Positions 52,301 through 62,395 of a DNA stretch of 64,000 nucleotides are shown here, one piece after another. Every line of letters starts with the position of its first letter. Position 1 is the first letter of the stretch. Both the position numbers and the translations under genes were made by a program. This DNA comes from an uncultured candidatus Porisulfidus sp. (GTDB lineage Bacteria; Pseudomonadota; Gammaproteobacteria; Poriferisulfidales; Poriferisulfidaceae), in NCBI GenBank assembly GCA_965204575.1, contig OZ241993.1, forward strand, positions 896,001 to 960,000. The letters are read 5' to 3'. The notes beneath the pieces are model-generated. The model did no database searches. It saw only the letters and a program-made list of their open reading frames with translations, and was not told the origin of the DNA.

Positions 52301-54139
52301 ATGGCTTCACGTACCGATCGGGCTTTCGACGCCGGGGGGTTCGTGCAGACCCTGACCCACGCCCCGGGCGTGTACCGCATGCTGGACGCGTCCGGCAACC
52401 TCCTGTACGTCGGCAAGGCGCGCGACCTGAAGAAGCGCGTGTCCAGCTACTTCCAGAAAACCTCGCTGGGTCCGCGCACGCGCCAGATGATCGCGCAGAC
52501 CGAGCGGATGGAGGTGACGGTCACGGCCACCGAAGCGGAGGCCCTGCTGCTGGAGAACACCCTGATCAAGCAGCACCATCCCCGCTACAACATCCTGCTG
52601 CGCGACGACAAGAGCTATCCCTACATCTACGCCTCGACCCACCAGACCTACCCGGGGCTGTCGTTCTACCGCGGGCGCAGGCGGCGCAAGGGCCGCACGT
52701 TCGGACCCTATGCCAGCGTCGGGGCCTTGCGGGAGACGCTCAACACCCTGCAGAAACTGTTCCGGACCCGGCAGTGCCCGGACAGTTTCTTCCGCAACCG
52801 CAGCCGGCCGTGCCTGCAGTACCAGATCAAGCGATGCACCGCGCCGTGCGTGGGCTACATCACGCCGGAAGACTACCGGGCGGACGTCGACCTGACGCTG
52901 CGTTTCCTGGAAGGGCGGAACGAGGAAGTGATGCACGATCTGACGGCACGGATGGACCGGGCGTCGGAGCGCCTGGACTACGAGGAGGCGGCGGAGTGGC
53001 GGAATCGCATCCAGTCGCTGCAGGAGATCTGCCGGCATTACCGGACGGGGGTGGCGTCCGGGCACTTCGACGTGATCGCCGCGGTCTGCGAGGGCGGACT
53101 GCATTGCGTCCAGGTCAGTTCTTTCCGCGGCGGCGCAAGCCATGGCAACCGCAGCTATTTCCCGGTCGTCAATGACGCAACCATCGAAGCCCCGGAACTG
53201 TTGCGAGGATTCCTGGGCCAGTACTACCTGGAGCGCGTGGCGCCGCCGGAAGTCCTGCTGAACCATTCGGTCCCGGACCAGGAGGCGCTCGAGGAATGGT
53301 TGAGCGGCAAGTCCCCGGGGCGGATTCGCCTGTGCGCGAACGTGCGGGGCCGCCGGCGCACCCAGGTGGAACTGGTGGAACGCAATGCCCGGCAGTCGAT
53401 TGCCGTGCGAACGCAGTCCCGCAGCGGAATACGGGAACGCTTGGAAGCGCTGGCGGAGGCCCTGTTGCTGGACGCCATGCCGGCTCGGCTGGAGTGCTTC
53501 GACGTCAGTCATACCCGCGGCGAGGCGACGGTGGCTTCGTGCGTGGTCTACACCACGGAGGGGCCGAGCCGTTCGGAATTCCGCAGTTTCAACATTTCCG
53601 GCATCACGCCGGGGGACGACTATGGGGCGTTGCGCGAAGCGCTGACGCGCCGCTATACGAGGGTGTGCGCGGGCGAGTACCCGGCCCCCGACGTGCTGTT
53701 GATCGATGGCGGCAGGGGGCAGCTGCGCATCGCCCGCGAGGTGCTGGCGACGCTCGACGCCCCGGGCATCGTGGTGGTCAGCGTGGCCAAGGGAGAAGGC
53801 CGCAAGCCCGGGACGGAAACCGTGTACGCCGACACCGTCGAGGGACCGCTGCACCTGCCGCAGCGTTCGGTCGCGTTTCACCTGATCCAGCAGGTCCGCG
53901 ACGAGGCGCACCGGTTTGCCGTCACGGGGCACCGCCGCCGCCGCGCCAAGCGCAGGCTCGAATCACCGCTGGAGGAAATTCCCGGCGTGGGGCCGCAACG
54001 TCGGCAGAACCTGTTACGCTACTTCGGGGGATGGCAGGGCGTCCGCAAGGCGACGGCCGCCGACCTCGCCCGGGTGCCCGGCATCGGGGCGGGCCTCGCA
54101 CAGGAGATCTACGACTACCTGCACGAAGAGAACGCATGA
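52301..54139 (+). CDS. uvrC: Excinuclease ABC subunit C
   Basis: GIY-YIG PGVYRM...YVGKA, ECFDVSH, IDGGRGQ, RDEAHRFA, HhH tail. Confidence 0.97.
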   Translation: MASRTDRAFDAGGFVQTLTHAPGVYRMLDASGNLLYVGKARDLKKRVSSYFQKTSLGPRTRQMIAQTERMEVTVTATEAEALLLENTLIKQHHPRYNILLRDDKSYPYIYASTHQTYPGLSFYRGRRRRKGRTFGPYASVGALRETLNTLQKLFRTRQCPDSFFRNRSRPCLQYQIKRCTAPCVGYITPEDYRADVDLTLRFLEGRNEEVMHDLTARMDRASERLDYEEAAEWRNRIQSLQEICRHYRTGVASGHFDVIAAVCEGGLHCVQVSSFRGGASHGNRSYFPVVNDATIEAPELLRGFLGQYYLERVAPPEVLLNHSVPDQEALEEWLSGKSPGRIRLCANVRGRRRTQVELVERNARQSIAVRTQSRSGIRERLEALAEALLLDAMPARLECFDVSHTRGEATVASCVVYTTEGPSRSEFRSFNISGITPGDDYGALREALTRRYTRVCAGEYPAPDVLLIDGGRGQLRIAREVLATLDAPGIVVVSVAKGEGRKPGTETVYADTVEGPLHLPQRSVAFHLIQQVRDEAHRFAVTGHRRRRAKRRLESPLEEIPGVGPQRRQNLLRYFGGWQGVRKATAADLARVPGIGAGLAQEIYDYLHEENA

Positions 54140-54705
54140 TCGAGCCGACCATCCCGAATCTGCTGACGGGACTGCGGATCGCCCTGATCCCGGTTTTCTC
54201 CGGGGTGTTTTTCATCCCCGGATGGGGTCCTCAGGCCTCGGCCGTGCTGTTTGCGCTTGCCAGCCTGACGGATTGGGCGGACGGCTACCTGGCCCGGAAA
54301 CTGGGCCAGCATTCCGCGTTCGGGGCTTTCCTGGACCCGGTGGCGGACAAACTGATCGTATGCGTCGCCCTGGTGCTGCTGGTGTCGCGCGACAACAGCC
54401 TGTGGCTGGTTGCCCCGGCCTGCGTGATCATCGGGCGGGAGATCGCGATTTCCGCCTTGCGCGAATGGCTGGCCGGCACGCGCGCCCGTTCGCGGATTTC
54501 GGTGTCGTGGCTCGGCAAGTTCAAGACCCTGCTGCAACTGGCCTCGCTGGTGCTGTTGCTATGGGCGACGCCCGACTCGTCCGATCCGCTCTACGTGTAT
54601 GGTTTGGCCCTGCTGGGGGTGGCGGCCGCGATGACGCTGGTATCGATGGGGTACTACTTGTGGTTGGCGTTGCACAGCGAAGATTCGGAGGCCTCCGGCG
54701 CCTGA
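54136..54705 (+). CDS. pgsA: CDP-diacylglycerol--glycerol-3-phosphate 3-phosphatidyltransferase
   Basis: IPNLLTGLRI, TDWADGYLAR, GAFLDPVADKL. ATGA overlap with uvrC. Confidence 0.96.
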   Translation: MIEPTIPNLLTGLRIALIPVFSGVFFIPGWGPQASAVLFALASLTDWADGYLARKLGQHSAFGAFLDPVADKLIVCVALVLLVSRDNSLWLVAPACVIIGREIAISALREWLAGTRARSRISVSWLGKFKTLLQLASLVLLLWATPDSSDPLYVYGLALLGVAAAMTLVSMGYYLWLALHSEDSEASGA

Positions 54706-54855
54706 AAGCCAGCTCTGAAGGCGCGGTTTCTGTTCCTGCTGCAGTCGGTTGCAGCATCGGGGCGCTTTCAACCCTGTCGCCGTCCATTCAACCGAAAAGC
54801 GGACATAACAGCTTTGCGTTGACATCCGCAGAGCGGATGCCTCGTCTCGAGAATA

Positions 54856-54872
54856 ATGTAACAATGTAACAA
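54856..54872. promoter_or_regulatory. Zur-box-like site
   Basis: ATGTAACAATGTAACAA matches 13/17 positions of the proteobacterial Zur core ATGTTATAWTATAACAT. Lies upstream of the znuD-like gene. Confidence 0.6.
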
Positions 54873-55005
54873 TTCGCCGGAAATCTCCTGTCAGCGGGGC
54901 CCGCTCGTAATGTCTCCAGTTTTTGCATCCCTAGAAACACGCCTGCCAGCAAGCGCAAGGCATAGTCTGCGCGACGGCATTCCTCGCGCGAATCGCCCCG
55001 GACGC

Positions 55006-57381
55006 ATGCGGCGATATACAGCTGGCCTCGCAGCGGGACTGCTGCTCTGCGTCGCTCCGCTTTTGGCGGTGGCGGATGAGGGTCCGGAAGTGATTGTCAT
55101 CAAGTCGCACCCGCTGGGCGACAAGGGTTTGGCGATGCCGGCGACCAGTCTGCACGGCGAGGCGTTGGATCGGGCGAGAGACGTTAATCTCGGCGCCACG
55201 CTCAGCCGGCAACCCGGCATCCATCAATCGGCATTCGGCACCGTCGTCGGCCGGCCGGTGGTGCACGGCTTGGCCGGCCCGCGGGTACGCGTGATGCAGG
55301 ACCGCCTGGACACGATGGATGCGTCGATCGTGAGTGCCGACCATGCGGTTGCCGTCGAATCGTTCATTGCCGAACGGGTCGAGGTGCTCCGCGGCCCGAG
55401 CATCCTGCTGTACGGCTCCGGTGCCATTGGCGGTGCCGTGAACGTACAGACCGGGCGCATTCCGCAGGCACCGGTCGACGGCTTCTCCGGCGCAACGGAG
55501 GCGCGCCACAACAGCGCGACGGGTGGCGACACCCTTGCGTTCAAACTCAACGGAGGCCAGGGCGGTTTCTCCTGGCACCTGGACGGTGCGACCAAGGATG
55601 GCGACGACTACGACATCCCGGGTTATGCGGAATCGGCCTATCGGCGTGCCCAGGAAGCCGGTCATGACGACGATCACGATGATCATGATGATGAGGGTGA
55701 AAACGGGCATGACGACCACGATGAGGAGGAGCACCACGACGAAGAGGAGCACGAGGAGGAAGCCCGCGACAAACTCTCCGGCAGCCACTTCGAGTCGGAC
55801 TCCATCGCAGGCGGGGCCTCATGGCATGGCGACTGGGGTTTCGCGGGCCTCTCGGTCAGCCGCATGGAATCCAAATATGGCCTGCCGGGGCACGCGCACG
55901 CGCACGGGCATGGGCACGAGGAGGAAGAGGAACACAACGGAGAAGAGGAGCACCATGACGAAGAAGAGCACGCAGAGGAAGAGGAGCACCATGACGAAGA
56001 GGAGCACGCAGAGGAAGAGGGCTCAGCATTGCTGGACATGGAGCAGACGCGCATAGACTTCGAAATGGACCTGCTCTCGCCGTTTGCCAGCGTCGAGCGC
56101 CTCAACATGCGCGTCGGCTACAGCGATTACAAGCACGTGGAATCTGAACCTGGCGCCCATGCCGGCACCAAGTTCTCCAACGACGCCTGGGAAGTGCGCA
56201 CCGAGCTCCACCATGAAGCCGGCCCATGGGAGGGCGTGGCGGGCCTGCAGTACGCCTACCGGGACTTTGAAGCACTCGGCGAGGAAGCCTTTGTCCAGCC
56301 GGCGATCACCAACAACATCGGCGCGTTCTGGGTCGGTCGCCGCACGTACGAGACTTTCGACCTGGAAGCCGGCGTGCGCCTGGAGCGTGTATCGCACAAT
56401 CATAATCCGATAGCGGACGACCATGACCACGAGCATGAAGACGAGCACGAAGGGGAGCACGAGGAGGAGCACGAAGAGGGGAGTGACACGGATTTCACGA
56501 TCCACGCGATTTCCATCGGCGCCCTCGTGCCGCTTGGCGACCGGCTCGAGCTGGGCCTGCTCGCCAGCCATTCCAGCCGTGCGCCCATCGCGGAGGAACT
56601 CTACGCCGGAGGCCCGCATCTGGTCACCACCACCTACGAAATCGGCGACGACGGACTGAGCAAGGAACGTGCCGCCAGCATCGCCTTGCGGCTTCAATAT
56701 GCCGCACCGACCTGGGATGCCGCCGTGTCCACCTACTTCACCCGTTTCTCCGACTACGTCTACTGGCAGGCAACCGGCAGGACGGTGAACAATGCAGGCA
56801 ATGATTGCAATCATGATGCCGCAAACGAAGAAGGGTATGACGACCTAGACGAGGATGCGCAGGCTGAATCCCGCGAGCATTACTGTGAGGAACACGGTGA
56901 TGACTACACCCTCCGGGAAGAAAGGGTTGCGCAGGAAGATGCGGAATTCTTCGGCATCGACGCGGAAGCCAGCGCCCAGGTCGCGTCCTGGCCCGGCGGC
57001 GAGGCGCGCCTGCACGGCAAGTTCGATTACGTGGACGCGAAATTGTCCGTCAGCGGCAATGACCGGCTGCCGCGCATTCCGCCGCTGCGGTACGGCATCG
57101 GGCTGAGCGCCCGCTGGGGCACCGCAACCATGGGCGTCGATTACCTGCGGGCCGAAGACCAGGACGAGACGGCGGAGCACGAACTGCCGACCGACGGCTA
57201 CGACGACCTGTCCGTCCATGCCACGCTGGAGCTTCCGGCCGGCAACGGGGCGACGATGGAATTCTTCCTGTACGGCAAGAACCTGACCAACGACGAACAG
57301 CGCTTGCACACTTCGCACATCAAGGACCTTGCGCCGCAGCCCGGACGCACGTTTGAAGTCGGGGGGCGGCTTCGGTTCTAG
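55006..57381 (+). CDS. TonB-dependent zinc receptor (ZnuD-like) with His/Glu-rich loops
   Basis: Signal peptide, plug motif ERVEVLRGPSILLYGSGAIGGAVN, DASIVSADHAV, RAPIAEELYAGGPH, C-terminal Phe. Reading frame open from 54910. Confidence 0.88.
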   Translation: MRRYTAGLAAGLLLCVAPLLAVADEGPEVIVIKSHPLGDKGLAMPATSLHGEALDRARDVNLGATLSRQPGIHQSAFGTVVGRPVVHGLAGPRVRVMQDRLDTMDASIVSADHAVAVESFIAERVEVLRGPSILLYGSGAIGGAVNVQTGRIPQAPVDGFSGATEARHNSATGGDTLAFKLNGGQGGFSWHLDGATKDGDDYDIPGYAESAYRRAQEAGHDDDHDDHDDEGENGHDDHDEEEHHDEEEHEEEARDKLSGSHFESDSIAGGASWHGDWGFAGLSVSRMESKYGLPGHAHAHGHGHEEEEEHNGEEEHHDEEEHAEEEEHHDEEEHAEEEGSALLDMEQTRIDFEMDLLSPFASVERLNMRVGYSDYKHVESEPGAHAGTKFSNDAWEVRTELHHEAGPWEGVAGLQYAYRDFEALGEEAFVQPAITNNIGAFWVGRRTYETFDLEAGVRLERVSHNHNPIADDHDHEHEDEHEGEHEEEHEEGSDTDFTIHAISIGALVPLGDRLELGLLASHSSRAPIAEELYAGGPHLVTTTYEIGDDGLSKERAASIALRLQYAAPTWDAAVSTYFTRFSDYVYWQATGRTVNNAGNDCNHDAANEEGYDDLDEDAQAESREHYCEEHGDDYTLREERVAQEDAEFFGIDAEASAQVASWPGGEARLHGKFDYVDAKLSVSGNDRLPRIPPLRYGIGLSARWGTATMGVDYLRAEDQDETAEHELPTDGYDDLSVHATLELPAGNGATMEFFLYGKNLTNDEQRLHTSHIKDLAPQPGRTFEVGGRLRF
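55942..56013 (+). repeat. 36-bp tandem duplication in the His/Glu tract
   Basis: gaagaggagcaccatgacgaagaRgagcacgcagag x2 (one mismatch), encoding EEEHHDEEEHAE twice. Confidence 0.85.
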
Positions 57382-57498
57382 GCGGGCATCCGCAACCCGG
57401 CGCGGGTGCTGACCGCGGGGGAGGCTCTATGCTACAATGCGCGCCCTAATTCAAGGGCGCCGCGGGCGCCGTTTTTGCTTCCTTACAGACAGTTTTCC

Positions 57499-57768
57499 AT
57501 GTCACTTTCTGCGCAAGAAAAGTCTGAGATCGTCGGAAAATACCAGCGCGCACCGAACGACGTCGGCTCGCCCGAGGTACAGGTCGCGTTGCTGACCTCC
57601 CGGATCAATCAGGTAATGAAGCATTTCGAGACGCATCCCAAGGATCGGCACTCGCGCTACGGCCTGATGAAGATGGTCCATGCCCGCCGCGGACTGCTCA
57701 AGCACCTGCGCGGCCAGGACCACGAACGCTACGCGTCGCTGATCAAGTCCCTGGGACTGCGTCGCTGA
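57499..57768 (+). CDS. rpsO: 30S ribosomal protein S15
   Basis: DVGSPEVQVALLT, KDRHSRYGL, LGLRR. Extended -10 TGcTACAAT at 57430-57438. Confidence 0.97.
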   Translation: MSLSAQEKSEIVGKYQRAPNDVGSPEVQVALLTSRINQVMKHFETHPKDRHSRYGLMKMVHARRGLLKHLRGQDHERYASLIKSLGLRR

Positions 57769-57860
57769 TCTCTCTTTCACGAGTTCCCGATTTGACCCAG
57801 TTTTCCCGCCGGTCCTGATTTGGAGCGGTTTCTTACACATTTCACAGGATTCCCTAGTTT

Positions 57861-59957
57861 ATGAACCCGATTACCCAAACTTTCCAGTACGGCGACCATG
57901 AGGTCACCCTAGAGACGGGCGAGATCGCCCGGCAGGCTTCCGGCGCGGTGCTGGTGCGCATGGCCGAGACTGCGGTGCTGGTCACCGCCGTCGGTCGCAA
58001 GGACGAAGACACCGGCAAGGACTTCCTCCCGCTGACCGTCAACTACCAGGAAAAGACCTATTCGGCCGGCCGCATTCCCGGCGGCTTCTTCAAGCGGGAA
58101 GGGCGCCCCAGCGAGAAGGAGATCCTGACCTCGCGCCTGATCGACCGGCCGATCCGCCCGCTGTTCCCGAAAGGCTACAACCAGGAAGTCCAGATCATCG
58201 CCAACGTGCTGTGTCTGAACAAGGACCTGGATCCGGACATTCCCGCAATGCTCGGGGCCTCGGCGGCCTTGGCAGTCTCCGGGATGCCCTTTCAGGGTCC
58301 GATCGCGGGCGCTCGGGTCGGCTATGTAGACGGAAATTATGTGCTCAACCCGACCGCTCAGCAACTGGAGCAAAGCCAGCTGGACCTGGTGGTCGCGGGG
58401 ACGCGCAGCGCCGTGCTGATGGTCGAATCCCAGGCGGACCTTCTGCCGGAGCAGACGATGCTGGATGCGGTCCTGTTCGGTCACGAACAGATGCAGGTGG
58501 CGATCGACGCCATCGAGAAACTGCGCGATGCGGCCAGTCCCCCGGACTGGGGCTGGGCTGCGCCGGAGACCGACGAGGACCTCGCCTCCAAGATGGACTC
58601 GCTGTGCCGGGAAGACCTGGTCGCGTCCTACCAGATCGCGGAGAAGATGGAGCGTCAGGACCGGGTCGCGGAGATCCGGGACAAGGCCAAGGAGCAACTG
58701 GTCTCCGAAGAGGACGGTCGGGACGAAGGCAAGGTCAAGGACGCGTTCAAGAGCCTGGAGAAATCCATCGTCCGCCAGCGCGTGCTGTCCGGCGAGTCGC
58801 GCATCGACGGGCGCGGGCGTGCCGACGTGCGCCAGATTTCGGTCCGGACCGGGCTGTTCCCGCGCACCCACGGCAGCGCGTTGTTCACGCGCGGCGAGAC
58901 CCAGGCGATGGTGATGACCACCCTGGGCACCACCCGCGACGCGCAGATCATCGACGCCCTGGAAGGGGAGTACCGCGACCCGTTCCTGCTGCACTACAAC
59001 TTCCCGCCGTTTTCGGTCGGGGAGGTCAGCATGATGCTGGCGCCGAAGCGGCGCGAGATCGGCCACGGCAAGCTGGCGAAGCGCGGCATGATGGCCGTGA
59101 TGCCGGATCCGGAGGAGTTCCCCTACGTCATTCGCATCGTGTCCGAGATTACCGAGTCGAACGGTTCGAGCTCGATGGCCACGGTCTGCGGCAGCAGCCT
59201 GTCGCTGATGGACGCCGGGGTGCCGATCAAGTCCGCGGTGGCCGGGATCGCGATGGGCCTGATCAAGGAGGGCGACGAGTTCGCCGTGCTCAGCGACATC
59301 CTCGGCGACGAGGATCACCTGGGCGACATGGACTTCAAGGTGGCGGGCACCCGCGAGGGCATCACCGCGCTGCAGATGGACATCAAGATCGACGGCATCA
59401 CCCGCGAGATCATGGAGCAGGCCCTGTCCCAGGCCCAGGCCGGGCGGCTGCACATCCTCGACGAGATGGACAAGGGCCTGGCGGCCCCGCGCGAGACGAT
59501 GTCGGACTACGCGCCGCGCTTTTTGACCCTGCGCATCAACCCGGAGAAGATCCGCGACGTGATCGGCAAGGGCGGGGCGACGATCCGTGCCCTGACCGAG
59601 GAGACCGGCACCACCATCGACATCGACGACGACGGCCTGGTTCGGATTGCCTCGACCGACAGCGCGGCCGCCGAGGATGCGCGCGAGCGCATCGAACTGC
59701 TGACCAGCGAGGTGGAGATCGGCAAAGTCTACACCGGCAAGGTGGTCCGGATCATGGACTTCGGCGCGTTCGTCGGCCTCAAGCCGGGCAAGGACGGCCT
59801 GGTGCATATCTCGCAGATCGCGGAATACCGCGTCAAGAGCGTGGACGACGAATTGTCCGAAGGACAGATGGTCAATGTCAAGGTGCTGGACGTCGACAAG
59901 CTCGGCCGGGTCAAACTCACCATGAAGGAGGTGCAGCAGCCGCAGCCGGGAGAGTGA
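57861..59957 (+). CDS. pnp: Polyribonucleotide nucleotidyltransferase
   Basis: [42 protein letters not shown] and S1 domains. Confidence 0.98.
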   Translation: MNPITQTFQYGDHEVTLETGEIARQASGAVLVRMAETAVLVTAVGRKDEDTGKDFLPLTVNYQEKTYSAGRIPGGFFKREGRPSEKEILTSRLIDRPIRPLFPKGYNQEVQIIANVLCLNKDLDPDIPAMLGASAALAVSGMPFQGPIAGARVGYVDGNYVLNPTAQQLEQSQLDLVVAGTRSAVLMVESQADLLPEQTMLDAVLFGHEQMQVAIDAIEKLRDAASPPDWGWAAPETDEDLASKMDSLCREDLVASYQIAEKMERQDRVAEIRDKAKEQLVSEEDGRDEGKVKDAFKSLEKSIVRQRVLSGESRIDGRGRADVRQISVRTGLFPRTHGSALFTRGETQAMVMTTLGTTRDAQIIDALEGEYRDPFLLHYNFPPFSVGEVSMMLAPKRREIGHGKLAKRGMMAVMPDPEEFPYVIRIVSEITESNGSSSMATVCGSSLSLMDAGVPIKSAVAGIAMGLIKEGDEFAVLSDILGDEDHLGDMDFKVAGTREGITALQMDIKIDGITREIMEQALSQAQAGRLHILDEMDKGLAAPRETMSDYAPRFLTLRINPEKIRDVIGKGGATIRALTEETGTTIDIDDDGLVRIASTDSAAAEDARERIELLTSEVEIGKVYTGKVVRIMDFGAFVGLKPGKDGLVHISQIAEYRVKSVDDELSEGQMVNVKVLDVDKLGRVKLTMKEVQQPQPGE

Positions 59958-60049
59958 GTTTGCTGTGATAACATAAAGCCGTTACGGACGGGGCCGGGTC
60001 ACCGGCATCAGTCCGCGACAATAAAAACGTCACTGGCAGGAGACCAACA

Positions 60050-60229
60050 ATGCAAGTAACCTGGGATGAAAATGTCTGCATTCACGCTGGGAAGTGTGTG
60101 GCAGGCGCACCTGAAGTTTTCAAGGTCGAAGATGGACAGTTCAAGATTGATGTGACCGCAGCACCGGAGGATAAGGTGCGGGACGTGGTTGCACAATGCC
60201 CATCCGGAGCCCTGAAAATACAAGAATAA
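60050..60229 (+). CDS. Small divergent 4Fe-4S mono-cluster ferredoxin (YjdI-like), below the ORF-track cutoff
   Basis: Hand translation MQVTWDENVCIHAGKCVAGAPEVFKVEDGQFKIDVTAAPEDKVRDVVAQCPSGALKIQE. CIHAGKC and CPSGAL motifs, RBS caggag. Confidence 0.88.
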   Translation: MQVTWDENVCIHAGKCVAGAPEVFKVEDGQFKIDVTAAPEDKVRDVVAQCPSGALKIQE

Positions 60230-60263
60230 CTCATAACTTCAAATACCTGAGAAGGGGGCAATT

Positions 60264-60917
60264 ATGATTGGCGACAAGCTCGCAAATGCCATGAACCTCT
60301 TCGGCCACCCGAGTTGCATCAACACCGCGAAGTGTATGCAAACGGCGGGCGAGAAGGGTGTCGATATCGAGGCACACGTAATCCAAGGACCCGACGACGT
60401 CCTGTCCATGTCTCCGCTGGGGAGTGCCCCGGTGCTCAAGGACCTGGACAATGTCGTGTACGGGACGATCGCGATCATGTCCTACCTGGACGACAAGGGA
60501 TTCGGTCCCTCACTGGTGCCGCGCAACGGCGTGCTCCGGGCGCAGATGTACCAGTGGGCGCATATCGTGGTTGATTACGCCCAGCCTGCTGCAAGCGCCG
60601 ACGGCGGGGACCGGGATCAACTGACCAAGCTGTACGATCTTCTGGAGCAGCGTCTGCAGTCTCCGCCCAAGCAGGGCGGCTTCATCTGCGGAGAGTTCAC
60701 CCTGGCCGACATCCACTGGAGCGCCTGCACCAACATGCTGGTGAACTCCGGGGCTTCGGACCTGGTGGATTCGCGGGGTGCGGTCAAGAGCTGGTGGGAC
60801 GCGGTCAAGTCGCATCCGAGCACCAGCAAGGAAAAGTTGAATCCGTTCGACGTATTACCGACCAAGGCGGACATGGATTCCGGCACGTTGCGTAACGTCG
60901 CGATCAACGTCCTCTGA
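60264..60917 (+). CDS. Glutathione S-transferase-fold protein (atypical G-site)
   Basis: SPLGSAPVL, YGTIAIMSYLDD, FTLADIHW. The usual ES motif is GT here. Confidence 0.8.
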   Translation: MIGDKLANAMNLFGHPSCINTAKCMQTAGEKGVDIEAHVIQGPDDVLSMSPLGSAPVLKDLDNVVYGTIAIMSYLDDKGFGPSLVPRNGVLRAQMYQWAHIVVDYAQPAASADGGDRDQLTKLYDLLEQRLQSPPKQGGFICGEFTLADIHWSACTNMLVNSGASDLVDSRGAVKSWWDAVKSHPSTSKEKLNPFDVLPTKADMDSGTLRNVAINVL

Positions 60918-60978
60918 CACGGGCAGCCACAGCCTGCGCCCGGCCTGAACAAGTCTGCGCAGACGGACGGACAGGTCA

Positions 60979-62070
60979 ATGCTGTGGGGTTTATTTGGCG
61001 GGAAACGGGATCGTCAGGCCCGAATCAATGATGACCCGTCCCTGCTGACGGTTCAAGCTGGCCAAGACCTGCTTTCGGCTGCGCTGGAAGCGGGTCTCGC
61101 ATGGCCACACGACTGCCGGCAGGGGAATTGCAGCACCTGCCGCTGCCGGATCACCTCCGGCAAGGTCAAGGGCCGGACCGATTTCGAAACCGTCCTGACT
61201 CCTGCCGAACTGAAGGAAGGCTGGGTGCTCGCCTGCCAGAGCGAACTGCGCAGCGACATCGAGGTCGAGGTCGAACTGACCTCCGAAGAACCCCAGGCGG
61301 CGGTCGCCCACTATCAGGGCACGATCACCCGGATGGCTTCGCTGACGCACGACATCGTCGAACTGACCGTGCAGGTGCCGGGTCTGCAACGTGCCGGGGT
61401 GGCCGGGCAGTACGCGGAACTGAGTTACGACGGCCTGAGCGTGCCGCGTTCCTATTCATTCGCCAAGGCGCCGAGCAACGAACAGGAAGAGGAGATCTCG
61501 TTCTATATCCGGAAGGTGCCGGGCGGGGAATTCACGGAATGGCTGTTCGCCGAGGATCGCACCGGGACCGAGTTGAAGGTTTCTCTGCCGTACGGGGGGT
61601 TCCGCTACCATCCGGAGTCCGGTCCCATGATCTGCATCGCCGGAGGATCCGGCATGAGCGCGATCAGGGCGGTACTGGAGCAGGCCGTGCTCGACCAGGT
61701 GGAGCGCGACGCGCTGTTCCTGTTCGGCGCGCGGACCCAGCAGGACCTGTACGGGGAGGAGGCAATGGGGGCGATCCGTCGCCAGTGGCACCCCGACTAC
61801 AAATTCGAATATGTCGAGGTTCTGAACATGGAGCCCGAAGACAGCGACTGGACCGGTCCGCGCGGGCTGGTGACCGACTATCTCAAGGAGGCCTATGTCG
61901 AGCCGAAGATGTTTGACATGGCCGCCTGCCAGGGCTATTTGTGCGGCCCTCCCCCAATGATCGACGCCGCGGTTGAAGTACTCAAGGCCGAAGGCATGAG
62001 CGGCGATCAGGTCTTCTTCGACAAGTTCCTGGACGCCAGTTCCATGCCGGGCGGGCGCCCGGGCGCTTAA
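60979..62070 (+). CDS. 2Fe-2S/FAD NAD(P)H reductase (XylA/CymAb-like monooxygenase electron-transfer component)
   Basis: CRQGNCSTC...LAC ferredoxin domain, RSYSF, GGEFT, AGGSGMS, YLCGPPPMIDA, FFDKF. Confidence 0.88.
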   Translation: MLWGLFGGKRDRQARINDDPSLLTVQAGQDLLSAALEAGLAWPHDCRQGNCSTCRCRITSGKVKGRTDFETVLTPAELKEGWVLACQSELRSDIEVEVELTSEEPQAAVAHYQGTITRMASLTHDIVELTVQVPGLQRAGVAGQYAELSYDGLSVPRSYSFAKAPSNEQEEEISFYIRKVPGGEFTEWLFAEDRTGTELKVSLPYGGFRYHPESGPMICIAGGSGMSAIRAVLEQAVLDQVERDALFLFGARTQQDLYGEEAMGAIRRQWHPDYKFEYVEVLNMEPEDSDWTGPRGLVTDYLKEAYVEPKMFDMAACQGYLCGPPPMIDAAVEVLKAEGMSGDQVFFDKFLDASSMPGGRPGA

Positions 62071-62110
62071 TGTAAAATGCCTTTCGGCTCACTGACCTGA
62101 GGAGAAAACG

Positions 62111-62335
62111 ATGCGGCTCAAGGAAGTAATCGGCATTATTGTCATGGGAGTGTGGATTGCCGCCGGAGTGATGGCGATGAATTGGTTCGGTTTCGCGAAC
62201 CATCTGCACGATCCGCTGTGGAGCCTCGGTGCGGCAATTGCGCTTCTGGCCATCATCGTGGTCGGGGTCGCGATTTTCTTCGCCGTAGCCAAGGAAAGCC
62301 CGTGGATCTGGTTCGGCGAATCGGATTCGAACTGA
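62111..62335 (+). CDS. Small two-TM membrane protein
   Basis: RBS gaggag and two hydrophobic helices. Confidence 0.7.
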   Translation: MRLKEVIGIIVMGVWIAAGVMAMNWFGFANHLHDPLWSLGAAIALLAIIVVGVAIFFAVAKESPWIWFGESDSN

Positions 62336-62395
62336 TCCCGCTTCACTGCAGTTTTTCTGACAAGCCCGCCGCCAAGAACGGCGGGCGCCCCGCCG

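Noticed and set aside
54823-54839. Hairpin CATCCGC-AGA-GCGGATG overlapping a TTGACA hexamer
   Set aside because: No U-tract and no properly spaced -10, so no function can be assigned.
55663-56480. Repetitive sequence as a possible CRISPR array
   Set aside because: These are in-frame His/Glu codon repeats within a CDS, with no repeat-spacer structure and no cas genes in the window.
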